Shown here piece by piece: positions 53,545 to 64,000 of a DNA stretch of 64,000 nt. The position numbers were made by a program, and so were the translations under genes. The stretch is from assembly GCA_951406725.2 (NCBI GenBank), contig OX597818.1:86118001-86182000 (forward strand), given 5' to 3'. A model generated the notes under the pieces. That model was not told where the DNA came from, searched no databases, and saw only the letters and a program-made list of their open reading frames with translations. The DNA comes from Octopus vulgaris (Eukaryota). Position 1 is the stretch's first letter; each line of letters begins with the position of its first letter.

Positions 53545-53766
53545 ATATAGTTCTATATTTATGAGATGAGGAATTATGTACATTATTTACATTATTTGCA
53601 ATATTTACATTTGACGGATATTTCTCCTCATCTTGTTTGTTGTTAACACAATGTTTCGTCTGATATACTCTCCAGCCTTCATAAGGTGTCTTGGGGAAAT
53701 CTCGAACCTGGGTTCTCATTCCTAAGGTATTTTTCGATGTTGTTGACGTTATTATTGTTGCTGTTG

Positions 53767-53825
<59 letters not shown>

Positions 53826-53890
53826 TTCACTGTCTGGAATCGAACTTGGATTCTTCGGGTTAGTGGCCCGCACTTTTAACCACTACGCCA
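53545..53890 (-). mobile_element. Composite repeat: tRNA-like head, (AAT)n, and pLTR-like segment with hammerhead remnant
   Basis: Minus strand tggcgtagtggttaa..gttcgattcc head (53825-53890); gacac-CTTATGA-aggctg..cagac-GAAAC-att-gtgtt at 53645-53690. Confidence 0.55.
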
Positions 53891-54129
53891 TATGGATTAT
53901 GGCTCACTACAGCTGTTTCAGACGTGTTTTTTTTAGTGTTAAACAGAAGCATTTCATCGCACAAAAAATATCGTTTTCATCAGGTGAATAAAGGCAAAAA
54001 TCAACAATTAGAAATTGTCAAGTAAAAGAACATAGCTTCAGATCACTCGACCGACTCAAATTCGGTCAATGTGTGTGTGTGTGTGTGTGTGTGTAGGTGT
54101 GTGTACGTACAGATGTATATATGTATGCA

Positions 54130-54410
54130 TGTATGTTATTATTCAGTTTTATTTCAAGATTTATTGCCAATAGACAAAGAGCCGGTTTCTAACCTAGATC
54201 CAAGGCTCCTTTATTGGAATTTCAACATCAGCAACAGAATATTTTTGTATGTACGTATGTATGTATGTATGTATGTATGTATGTATGTATGTATGTATGT
54301 ATGTATGTATGTATGTACGATTCCAGTGGTGGCTTGGATGTGTAGTCTTCGAATAAGCTTTCTCCCTTGTAGTTTTGAGAAGCCTAATTTCTCAAGATTG
54401 GTATTCATGT
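54130..54410 (-). mobile_element. 3' end of the (CATA)n-associated RLE LINE
   Basis: [25 protein letters not shown] and a 3' UTR matching 2052-3790. Confidence 0.85.
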
Positions 54411-54648
54411 ATGTATGTATGTATGTATGTATGTATGTATGTATGTATGTATACACACAAGGGATATCCTGACAGTTCCGTCTGCAAAAAATTCACTCGC
54501 AAGGTATTGATCGTCCCGATGCTACGGAGGAAGATGCTTGCCCTCGATGCTATGCAGAACACTGAACCTTCGCAGCCATGCCTGCAATGTTAAGAAGCCA
54601 TACCCGGGTTTCTCTCGCTCCCTTTCGCTCTCTCTCTCTCTGTCTCTG

Positions 54649-54805
<157 letters not shown>

Positions 54806-54811
54806 CTTCAA

Positions 54812-54993
54812 AGACATGGTTCAGTCCCACTGCGTGGAACCTTCGGCATGTGTTTTCTACTATAGCCTCGGGCCGACCAAATACTTGTGAATGGATTTGG
54901 TAGTCGGAAACTGAAAGAAGCCCGTCGTATATATGTATATGTATATATATGTGTGTGTGTTTGTGTATCTGTGTTTGCCCCCTGTCGTATATA

Positions 54994-55036
<43 letters not shown>

Positions 55037-55620
55037 CTGTCTCTTGATTCTGTTTGTCCACCACCACCACTTGACATCCGGTGTTGGTGTGTACGGCCCC
55101 ATAACTTAGCAGCTCGGTAAAAGTGCCTGATAGAATAAGTACAATGCTTAAAAAAGAGAAATAAGACCCTGGGTCGATTTATTCGGCTGAAATTCTTCAA
55201 GGCGTTGGAATGGCTGTGTGGTAAGTAGCTTGCTTACCAACCACATGGTTCTGGGTTCAGTCCCACAGCGTGGCACCTTGGGCAAGTGTCTTCTACTAGG
55301 GCTCGGGCCGACCAAAGCCTTGTGATTGAATATTGTAGACGGAAACTGAAAGAAGCCCGTCGTATATATGTATATATATGTATGTTCGTGTGTATACGTT
55401 TGCGTGTCTGTGTTTGTCCCCACGAACATCGCTTGACAACCGATGCTGATGTGTTACGTCCCATTAACTTAACGGTTCGGCAAAAGAGACCGATAGAATA
55501 AGTACTAGGTTCACAAAGAATAAGTCCTGGGGTAATCTACTAAATGCTCGACTAAAGGCGGTGCTCCAGCATGGCCACAGTCAAATGACTGAAACAAGTA
55601 AAAATGAAAGATAAAAGATA
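54812..55620 (+). mobile_element. Two tandem family B SINEs
   Basis: Units at about 54812-55205 and 55208-55620, collinear with 32447-32855. Confidence 0.9.
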
Positions 55621-55770
55621 CACACACACTCACACACACACATACACACAGAAGTGTCTGTGTGTGTCATAGTGCATTTTGTGAAAGTCGCCACTCTCGC
55701 GGACAACTGGGACTGCTTTGTTTAAGTTCCTGTAAATAAGGTGTGCGGCAAAATTGCACGATAGAACAAA

Positions 55771-56461
55771 CACTGTGATTCTCAACCGGGGTCAATATAG
55801 CCCCTGACGGTTCATACAATATTTTGGGGGTCCACGCAACAAAATAGTATGTTAAGGATCACTGAAAAAATTTGCTTTAGATGCAACAAGCAACTTGGAT
55901 TTTTTTCTCTGATGTTTTACATAGTTCAACTTACACACGTAAATGTGTGAAAAACAAAACAGGAAGTTTGATAGTCCACCAGAACAAAATAGTAACCAGA
56001 GGAGTCCATAGATAAAAAGTAATTCTTTTCTACTCTAGGCACAGGGCCCTAATTTTTTTTGGGGGGAGGCCAGTCGATTCGATCGACCTCAATACGCATT
56101 GGTATTTAATTTATCACCCAAAAAGGCAAAGTCGACCTCGGAGAAAATTGAACTTCGAACGTAAAGACAGACGAGATACCTATTTCTTTACTACCTACAA
56201 GGGGCTAAACACAGAGAGGACAGACAAACGGATTAAGTCGATTACATCGACCCTAGAGCGTAACTGGTACTTAATTTAACAACTCCGAAAGGATGAAAGG
56301 CAAAGTCGACCTCGGCAGGATTTGAACTCAGAACGTAACGGCAGACGAAATACGGCTTGGCATTGTCGCCCTGCGTGCTAACGTTTCTGCCAGCTCGCCG
56401 CCTTGTGTTAAATCAAATAATGCTTCAAATAAAATAGATAACAAATAATTGAGAACCTTTG
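55771..56461. mobile_element. hAT-Charlie-like MITE interrupted by a family A SINE
   Basis: Ends ..gtgattctcaacc / ttgagaacctttg resemble cagtggttctcaacc TIRs; related fragment at about 60685-60845. Confidence 0.55.
56022..56404 (-). mobile_element. Dimeric Meta-core SINE family A
   Basis: Same layout as 30528-30923. Confidence 0.88.
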
Positions 56462-56833
56462 GTCTAAACCCTTCGAGACGGTGCCTTAAAAAATAAATTA
56501 AACAATAAAATAATAAATAAATCCATATTTCTGCCCCTATTAATGATCAAAATCGATAATTTTCTAGATTTAAACCTCTATAACCAAGCTAGAAGATGTA
56601 TCCTTTCTGTAGCAGAAGCTATATTCTAAGGTGTATGTCTTTAATATGATTTGGAAACTTTCTGCATTGAAATGATATATATTCCTGAGTAACCGCTGCG
56701 AGAACAATGAAGTTAGAGTCAGCTAGCGTTGTACAGTCAAAAATATTTGTGGATTTTTGAATTCAATCATCTTTATTTCGGATATATATATATATAAATA
56801 TCTACCCAAATATATATACGTGCATACACAGAT

Positions 56834-56952
<119 letters not shown>

Positions 56953-57655
56953 CATATATATATATTCATATATATATATGTATATATAAATATATATATG
57001 TATATATGTGTATATATATGTACACAAACATGTTTGTGTGTGTGTGTGTTTATATGTAGTCGATAAATAGATTGTTTGGGTACGATGCTGTTAATCGTAT
57101 CAATATTTGGTCAGAGAAAACAATAAAAAAATGATTAAAAGAAATATTAAAAAATAAAATACTAAAAAACAATACTCATATTGAATGTACAACAAAACAG
57201 AGAACTCTGTAATGTTGAAATTTTCTATAAATTGTCACAGGCTCGGAATTTTACTACTAATTATTAGTTATGTTATATCGGTGTAGATTTGGGCTTTCTT
57301 TAGCTCCTATAAGTAACATACATACATAGATACATACATATATACATACATATATATACATGCATGCATAGTGAGGTGAAGCTGATTTTACTAATCTAAT
57401 TTACGCTTGTACTATAATAGAAACCTTTCCATCTTTCTTGCTTTCTAAAACGGAATCCTTGTTCTCTTGTATTCTTCAAATGTGATATGTAAGATAGTGA
57501 TCTGTGTTTTCAATTTTCTCTTTTGTATCAATCAGAACTAGAAACGTACATTGTAAATAAGAGAACACATGAGAATATATATATATATATATATATAATT
57601 AGTGAATGGAAGAAATGGAGTTGAACGAAGATTGTACAGAATTCCTTTTATTACA

Positions 57656-57735
57656 TTCTACACATGTTTCAAAGGCCACAATTTTCCAAATTCTGATTAA
57701 ATAAGGATACCATATTGCAGCTTTCTCTTCAGGAA
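57656..57735 (-). ncRNA. Hammerhead-like motif with canonical core and long stem II
   Basis: Minus strand ttc-CTGAAGA-gaaagctgcaat...attgtggccttt-GAAAC-atgt-GTA-gaa. Confidence 0.65.
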
Positions 57736-58010
57736 AAAGCAGGAATTACGTTGACAGAACAAAACAAAACAGAGGCGCAGCAAAGCAATTCGAAAGAGGA
57801 CGCTCCTTAAGAGCCCATGGTTATATATATATAGGTTCAGTAAAAATTTAGATTCAGTTGAATATGGTACTTAAGTTAAAGGCACCAGAATTTGGTATGG
57901 TATTATCCCTATAATTCAAAATGGGGTGATTATAATCAAAATAAGCAACAAGGATATCCAGAGGTAATGCAGTACGATCGCTTCATGCGACTCCATTTAA
58001 TTGAACAATG

Positions 58011-58071
58011 TAACCGTAACCGTAACCCTAACCCTAACCCCAACCTTAACCCAACCCTCACCCTAACCCTA
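58011..58071. repeat. Degenerate interstitial (CCCTAA)n telomere-like tract
   Basis: taaccgtaaccgtaaccctaaccctaaccccaaccttaacccaaccctcaccctaacccta. Confidence 0.85.
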
Positions 58072-58079
58072 GCAAGTGA

Positions 58080-58292
58080 TTGTGGGGAACAAACATGGAC
58101 ACAAAAACGCACACGCACACACACATATATTTACGACGGGCTTCTTTCAGTTTCTCTCTACCAAATCCACTCAGAAGGCATTGGTCGGCTCCAGGTTGTA
58201 GTAGAAGTCACTTGCCCAAGTTGCCACGCAGTGAGACTGAACCTGGAACCACGTGGTTGGGGAGCAAGCTTCCTACCACACAGCCACACCTT
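58080..58292 (-). mobile_element. SINE family B 5' half
   Basis: gacgggcttctttcagtttc..cttgcccaag..ccacgcagtg..ccacacagccac. Confidence 0.85.
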
Positions 58293-58296
58293 AGCC

Positions 58297-58381
<85 letters not shown>

Positions 58382-59381
58382 CATATTCTATATACATATA
58401 TATGTATACATGAGGAAGAAAAATGTGGATGCACCTTCACACATTCTCACCGATGTAACTTTGTTTATGGCGTAGATGATGATGATAATGATGACGGCAA
58501 CAATCAAAGAGTTTGTCATAATCATTCGCTCTAACAAGGCACAAAGTCATATTTTTCAATAGTGGAATAATATAACCCATTCTATGGTCCCTTAGTATAT
58601 TCTTGGTATTTGTATTATCCACTTTTGGAAGAATAATTGACATATCTGGAACGTTGAGGGAACGGATTTAATGTCTACCGTAAATCATTTTTATATCTCG
58701 ACCTAGTGTTTTCGACAAGATACAATCCTCGACACCAATGTGTCCTACTCATTTGTTATCACTCATATCATCTTCAACCCACACCCGGCCTATTAAAATA
58801 AAGAAAAGATTGTTTCCATAGACTTAAAAAACATGATGGTCACGCCTGGAACGCTGATAACGCTGGATCTGCTCGTTCGTGAGTAATCTGGAGCTAAACA
58901 ACCAGCAACTCACAGATATGGCCTAATGATTATAGTGTGACGGAACACAGCTGGATAATATTCATATTAAATCGTTAATATTCTGAATGACAAATTAATC
59001 TTGATCTTCTATTTAACCAAGGACAATCCTGCTGATCAAGAACATGAAATATTTTAGCTAATTTATTAAGCGTTCTACTCTGACAAGAGTAGTTTCACTT
59101 GGTGAAGCATCTATTGACAAAGACGATAAATAGGTTTAGCTAAATAGCACGTCTCACTTCTCTGCATTTGATCATTAATTAAACAAATACAACAAGTACA
59201 TTGTACTTGGCTGAGATTCATAAATCAGCTGAGCTTTAAAAGTGTTTCTGTTTAGTAACCTCACCACGTAACAACTCACTGAGAAACGTTTATTAAATTA
59301 TATCCTCCAGCAAGACATTCCTTATTTCGTTAATACTTTACAAAAATACATTAATAAATGTTAGACTTTCTACAAGCGCAA

Positions 59382-59540
59382 GGCATAGTTGCGTGGTTAA
59401 GAAACTCGCTTTGCAGCCTCGTGTGTTCGGGTTCAGATCCATTGTGTAGCACCTTCGACAAGTGTCTTTTATTATACCCCCCAGCTCACCAATTTCTTTT
59501 GAGTGAATTTGGTTGACGAAAACTGTGTCGAAGCCCTTAG
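59382..59540 (+). mobile_element. SINE family B 5' fragment (old)
   Basis: gcgtggttaagaa..gggttcag..gcaccttcgacaagtgtc. Confidence 0.7.
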
Positions 59541-59569
59541 TGTATGTATATATATGTATATATTTACAC

Positions 59570-59775
59570 AACGGGATGTCCATAAGTTCCCGGCTTTAAG
59601 GGCATCGCGAAATGCCTGGTTAGAAGCCTATCCTTCCGAGTTCTTTTACAGGGCTTAGAAAAACTGAAGTACCGCTGTGTTATAAGTGTGTGAATTTGAG
59701 AGAGGAATATGTTCAATAAAATCATAATTAACTGATCCTCCTGTATTTTCTTTTACCCAAAGCCAGGGACACCCC
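59570..59775 (+). mobile_element. Mariner-derived MITE
   Basis: Inverted homologue at 63838-64000; carries a transposase C-terminal remnant (KC....GEYV) and TIR-like aagttcccggcttt / aaagccaggga. Confidence 0.65.
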
Positions 59776-59976
59776 TTCATATGTGTGTGTGTGTGTGCCT
59801 TTGTGTTTATGTTTGTCCCCACACCCCTACCCCGCTTGTAAACTAGTATTGGTTTGCTTACGTCCTTGAAACTTAACGGTTCGGCAAAACAGATTGATAA
59901 AATAAATGCCAGACTTAAAATGAATCAACAATTTTTAAAAGCCCATTATGAACCATGGATTTTACATTATAATATA

Positions 59977-60177
59977 AGGCAGCGAGCTGGCAGAAGCGTT
60001 TGCACGCCGGGCAAAATGCTTAGCGGTATTTCATCTGTCTTTGCATTCTGCGTTCAAATTCCACCTTTCATTCTTTCGGGGTCGACAAATTAAGTACCAG
60101 TTGCGTACTGGGCTCAGTCTAATCAACTGGCCCCCCAAAAAAAAAATTTCGGGCTTTGTACCTAGAGTAGAAAAGAT
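59977..60177 (+). mobile_element. Meta-core SINE family A
   Basis: aaggcagcgagctggcagaa..cacgccgggcaaaatgc..ctttcggggtcgac. Confidence 0.85.
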
Positions 60178-60179
60178 TA

Positions 60180-61230
60180 TAATATGGAGTTACAACATGG
60201 CGACAGGCACTTGTTCAAACTCATTTCGGATCCGAGGTTCAAATTTCGCTTTAATGGAGAAGTCCTGCTGATGGAGCCAGGAGCATTAACGCCACTATTA
60301 TTAAGATGGGGAGAGTTAGTATAATTAGGCTGATGGAAATCAGGCTTATGGCTAATATAAATAGGTGCACCCAGTTTATTACAGTTGGGGTTAATGGTAT
60401 TTACTCTGGATTTATTGTTAGTTATATCACTATAGCCGGAACCATGATAGTCGATAGTAGTATTCTCCACTGGACACTTTATAATCGGATATACAGTTGT
60501 AGGGCCATTAGGGGTGTTAGGGTTAAGAGAATTGTGTTGGTTCATATTCTTTAAACCAGAAGTTCTCTACCGTTTTTTTAGCTTATGGGCTCCTTTGATT
60601 ACTCTTCTATTCTGGTGGACTCCATAGACATTCGATGCTTGAAAACTAGTTTTATAGACGCTCTTTTCTAAATTCCTATTTTGTTTGGCACACAATGACT
60701 TAGGTAGGATGATCTACGCAAAATTTTTTTCACGGCCCCTTAAAATACTACTGTGGATCCCCAATTTAACATTTGACTGCGTGGCCCCCCAAATATCTTA
60801 CATGGACACCCAGAGGTCATATAAACCATGGATGTTAACCACTACCGTAAACATTAGTCACTGGCTTTGGTGTTGCCATTGCAAGGGATATCGATGGTGT
60901 TCTGGGCATTTGTGAAAGCTAGGTGTAAGATGACCCGTGACCTTACTGTTATTATTAATGTAGTTATAAGAAATGCTCAGACGGCGATTCTCGAGGCTCT
61001 GTTGTGGAGATCTGAGCTTACGTCTATTCGAAGTAGCAATAGTTAATCCCCACACCCACTAGCTTTGGTGTGGTTGAACAAGAAAGTTTAATGGTGGATT
61101 GATTAAAGTTGGAGTGTGAAGTTGGAACTGAAGATATTAAAGAATAATTTAGGTTGCGAGTTAATTTGCAGGGAGGACGGAGATCAAATCATAGAATATC
61201 GTGTTTCCTAAACTTAGAATTGTAAATGCC
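60180..61230 (-). mobile_element. Highly degenerate Penelope-like ORF fragment (post-RT region and Asn-rich linker)
   Basis: Minus strand RKHDIL*FD, FNQSTIKLSCSTTPK and IATSNRRKL parallel the NIWLIIPY..INSHKVRIGFSNTKN..ISSHNNKL block of the 11024 ORF. Confidence 0.55.
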
Positions 61231-61239
61231 ACAAGTAGG

Positions 61240-61852
61240 GTTACAGAATGGTTAGCACACCAGACAAAATGCTTGGTGACATTTCATCGGTCTCTATATT
61301 CTGAGTTCAAATTCTGATGAGGTAGGCTTTGCCTATCATTCTTTCGGAGTCGATGAAATGAATACCAGTTGAGCACTGAGTTGATGTAATCAACTAGTTT
61401 CCTCCACTAAAAAATGTCAATCATTGTGCATTTAGCAGAAAGGTGGCGAGCTGGCAGAATCGTTAGCACGTCGGACAAAATGATTAGCGGATTTCAAATC
61501 CCGCCGAGGTTGATTTTGTCTTTCATCCTTTCCGGTCAATTAAATAGTACCAGTTACACACAGGGATCAATGTAATCGACTAGTCTATTCCCCTCAAATT
61601 TCAGACCTTGTGCCTATAGTAGAAAGGATTATTATTATTGAGGCAACGAGTTGGTAGAATCGTTAGCACGCCGGGCAAAAAGCTTATCGGCATTTCGTCC
61701 GTCATTGTGTTGTGGGTTAAAATTCCGCCGCGATCGACTTTGTCTTTCATCCTTTCAGGGTCGATAAAATAAGTACTAGTTGACTATTGGGGTCGATAAA
61801 ATCGACTAGCTTCCTCACACCAAATTTCAGGACTTGCGCCTATAGTAGGATA
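61240..61852 (+). mobile_element. Three tandem Meta-core SINE family A copies
   Basis: cagaat.gttagcac...tttcatccttt.. repeated at about 61240, 61440 and 61640. Confidence 0.85.
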
Positions 61853-61864
61853 GATTTTTTAAAA

Positions 61865-62272
61865 TCTTTTATCTTTACTTGTTTCAGTCATTAGACTGCG
61901 GTCATGCTGGGGCACCGCCTTGAAGAATTTTTTTAATCGAATGAATCGAACCTAGTACTTATGTTTTTAAAGTACTGGTACTTATTCCATCAGTCTCTTT
62001 TGTCGAGCCGCTAAGGGAACGTAGACACACCAACACCAGTTATCAAGCAGTGGTGGGGAGGGAGGAGGCGCAACCCCCCAGAAAGACACGTTCGCACAGG
62101 TGCGCAAATACATATACACGCGCAGACGTACACATACGACGGGCTTCTTTCAGTTTTCGTCAACCAAGTTCACTCACAATGCTTTGGTCAGTCCAAGGCT
62201 ATACTAAAAGACACTTATCCAAGCTATCACGCTGTGGGCTGAACCCAAAACCACGTGGTTGGGAAACAAGCT
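61865..62272 (-). mobile_element. SINE family B
   Basis: cttgtttcagtcattagactgcggtcatgctgg..gacgggcttctttcagtt. Confidence 0.85.
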
Positions 62273-62949
62273 TATTGTTACTGTTGTTGCTGTTGTTGTC
62301 GTTGGTTTTTTTTTTGTCACGTATTTATTCTCAACTTAGAATTCCTCCCGATATTCCAACAAATTGGCGATGCCGAAACATAATTGGAGCTCCATATTGA
62401 TTTTCTTCCTCCTGCTTTGACGAAAAATTTGTTTGAGATAGAATACGAAGTTGAAAATGAAATAAATAAATAGACAAATAAATAAGCAGGAAGATCCCTC
62501 ACAAACAATGATAATCTTGATATATCTTATTCTATGAAAGGAAAAGTTCAAAACAAAGAAACAAGCTAATACATTTGTCAAGGCATCGAAATTCTCTTTT
62601 TCTATATTTGAGACTTGAATTTTCCGTGATTATTAAGGATTTCATTTCTATAAAATATATCATGATAATTTAATAGTTCTTGGTTTAGAATCACCTTCGG
62701 TGGCAGAACGTGTGTTTTGAGAGAATTTTGGTAATATTGAAATACATGCAGGAATGTATTTTTGCATACATGAACACTATACTCACATGACCGAATGTTC
62801 TAGGCATTCAGAATAAAAAAGATTTTTTTTTTCACTAAATCAACGAGTATGAGAAACGGAGAAGATTATAAATCATACATACGCATATTTATATACCTAC
62901 ACAAGCATACACACAGACACAAAAAACACGCGCATGCACGCACGCACAT

Positions 62950-63013
<64 letters not shown>

Positions 63014-63108
63014 ACACACATACACACACACACGTATTTGTAAATCTAAATAAAGAGATAGGTAAGCTGATAGAGTGATATACATATAGACATATATATA
63101 TACATACA

Positions 63109-63199
<91 letters not shown>

Positions 63200-63231
63200 A
63201 TGGGGGGTGTATCTGTCTGTCTCTCTCTCCC

Positions 63232-63270
<39 letters not shown>

Positions 63271-63357
63271 GTTATAGGATAAAATATTTTTCGGAAAAAA
63301 ATTTTTATCAATGGCCAGCATATCAAAAAATGCCTTTAAAGGTAAAATATTGTAAAT

Positions 63358-63393
<36 letters not shown>

Positions 63394-63837
63394 AACAAAT
63401 ACACACACGCGCATACACACACACATAGGTAATTTCATGTCAAATGAGGTATGATAATAAGCACATACAATTAGTGGTAAGTTCAAATCTGTGCCTAAAC
63501 CCCAAATTATGCAACTTTAAATGCAGAGTTGTGGTATTAAAATGAAGTTTAACTACAGGCCATGTATCGATCAATAAAATAATAAACAGGTATCACGTAT
63601 TTACCTTCGATGGAACTCCTGTAAAGCAATAACTTACATAACGTAATTTTTTCAGAAATGAAGAAAAATAAACCAAACAGTAAATAAAAGACAACTTTAG
63701 TGAATATTTTTTATTAATCCTGTAACCGACAGGATTAATGTCGAATGGCAAAACTTACAATTAGAACTGAGAATAGGGGTTAAAATGTCACAAGTCTAAC
63801 GACAAAGAAACGTAAGATTTCATTTAGCAATATCTAA

Positions 63838-64000
63838 TACGATGGATTGTTGAAAAATTCCTGGCTTTGGGTGAGAGAATATACAGGAGGACGACTGAAT
63901 GATTATTTTTTTCAACATTTTCCCCTCTTAGATTCACACACTTATTGCAACGGTCCTTCAGTTTTTCTATACCCTCTAAAAGAACTTGGAAGGTTGGCTC
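63838..64000 (-). mobile_element. Mariner-derived MITE, runs off the window
   Basis: Reverse-complement homologue of 59570-59775. Confidence 0.65.

Overview
AT-rich, microsatellite-saturated eukaryotic DNA. The repeat content (tRNA-derived SINEs with Meta- and CORE-like cores, RTE, R4/Dong, Hero, Tx1 and CR1-group LINE remnants, mariner/pogo/hAT MITEs, a Helitron) looks like a cephalopod, probably Octopus, intronic or intergenic region; this is inferred. No host protein-coding gene could be supported, and almost all listed ORFs are translations of simple repeats. The main feature is a nearly intact Penelope-like retroelement (about 10508-13831) inserted in (TA)n. It has a perfect 144-bp 5' palindrome, ~318-bp pseudo-LTR direct repeats, a candidate 72-nt intron, one RT + GIY-YIG ORF broken by two stops and one frameshift, and three copies of a variant type-I hammerhead ribozyme. 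About ten further hammerhead-like remnants from other probable Penelope-like families are scattered through the window. Several retroelement families each appear to sit in a different microsatellite, and a Meta-type SINE shares its 3' tail with a Tx1-like LINE. Most repeat boundaries are approximate (read by eye).
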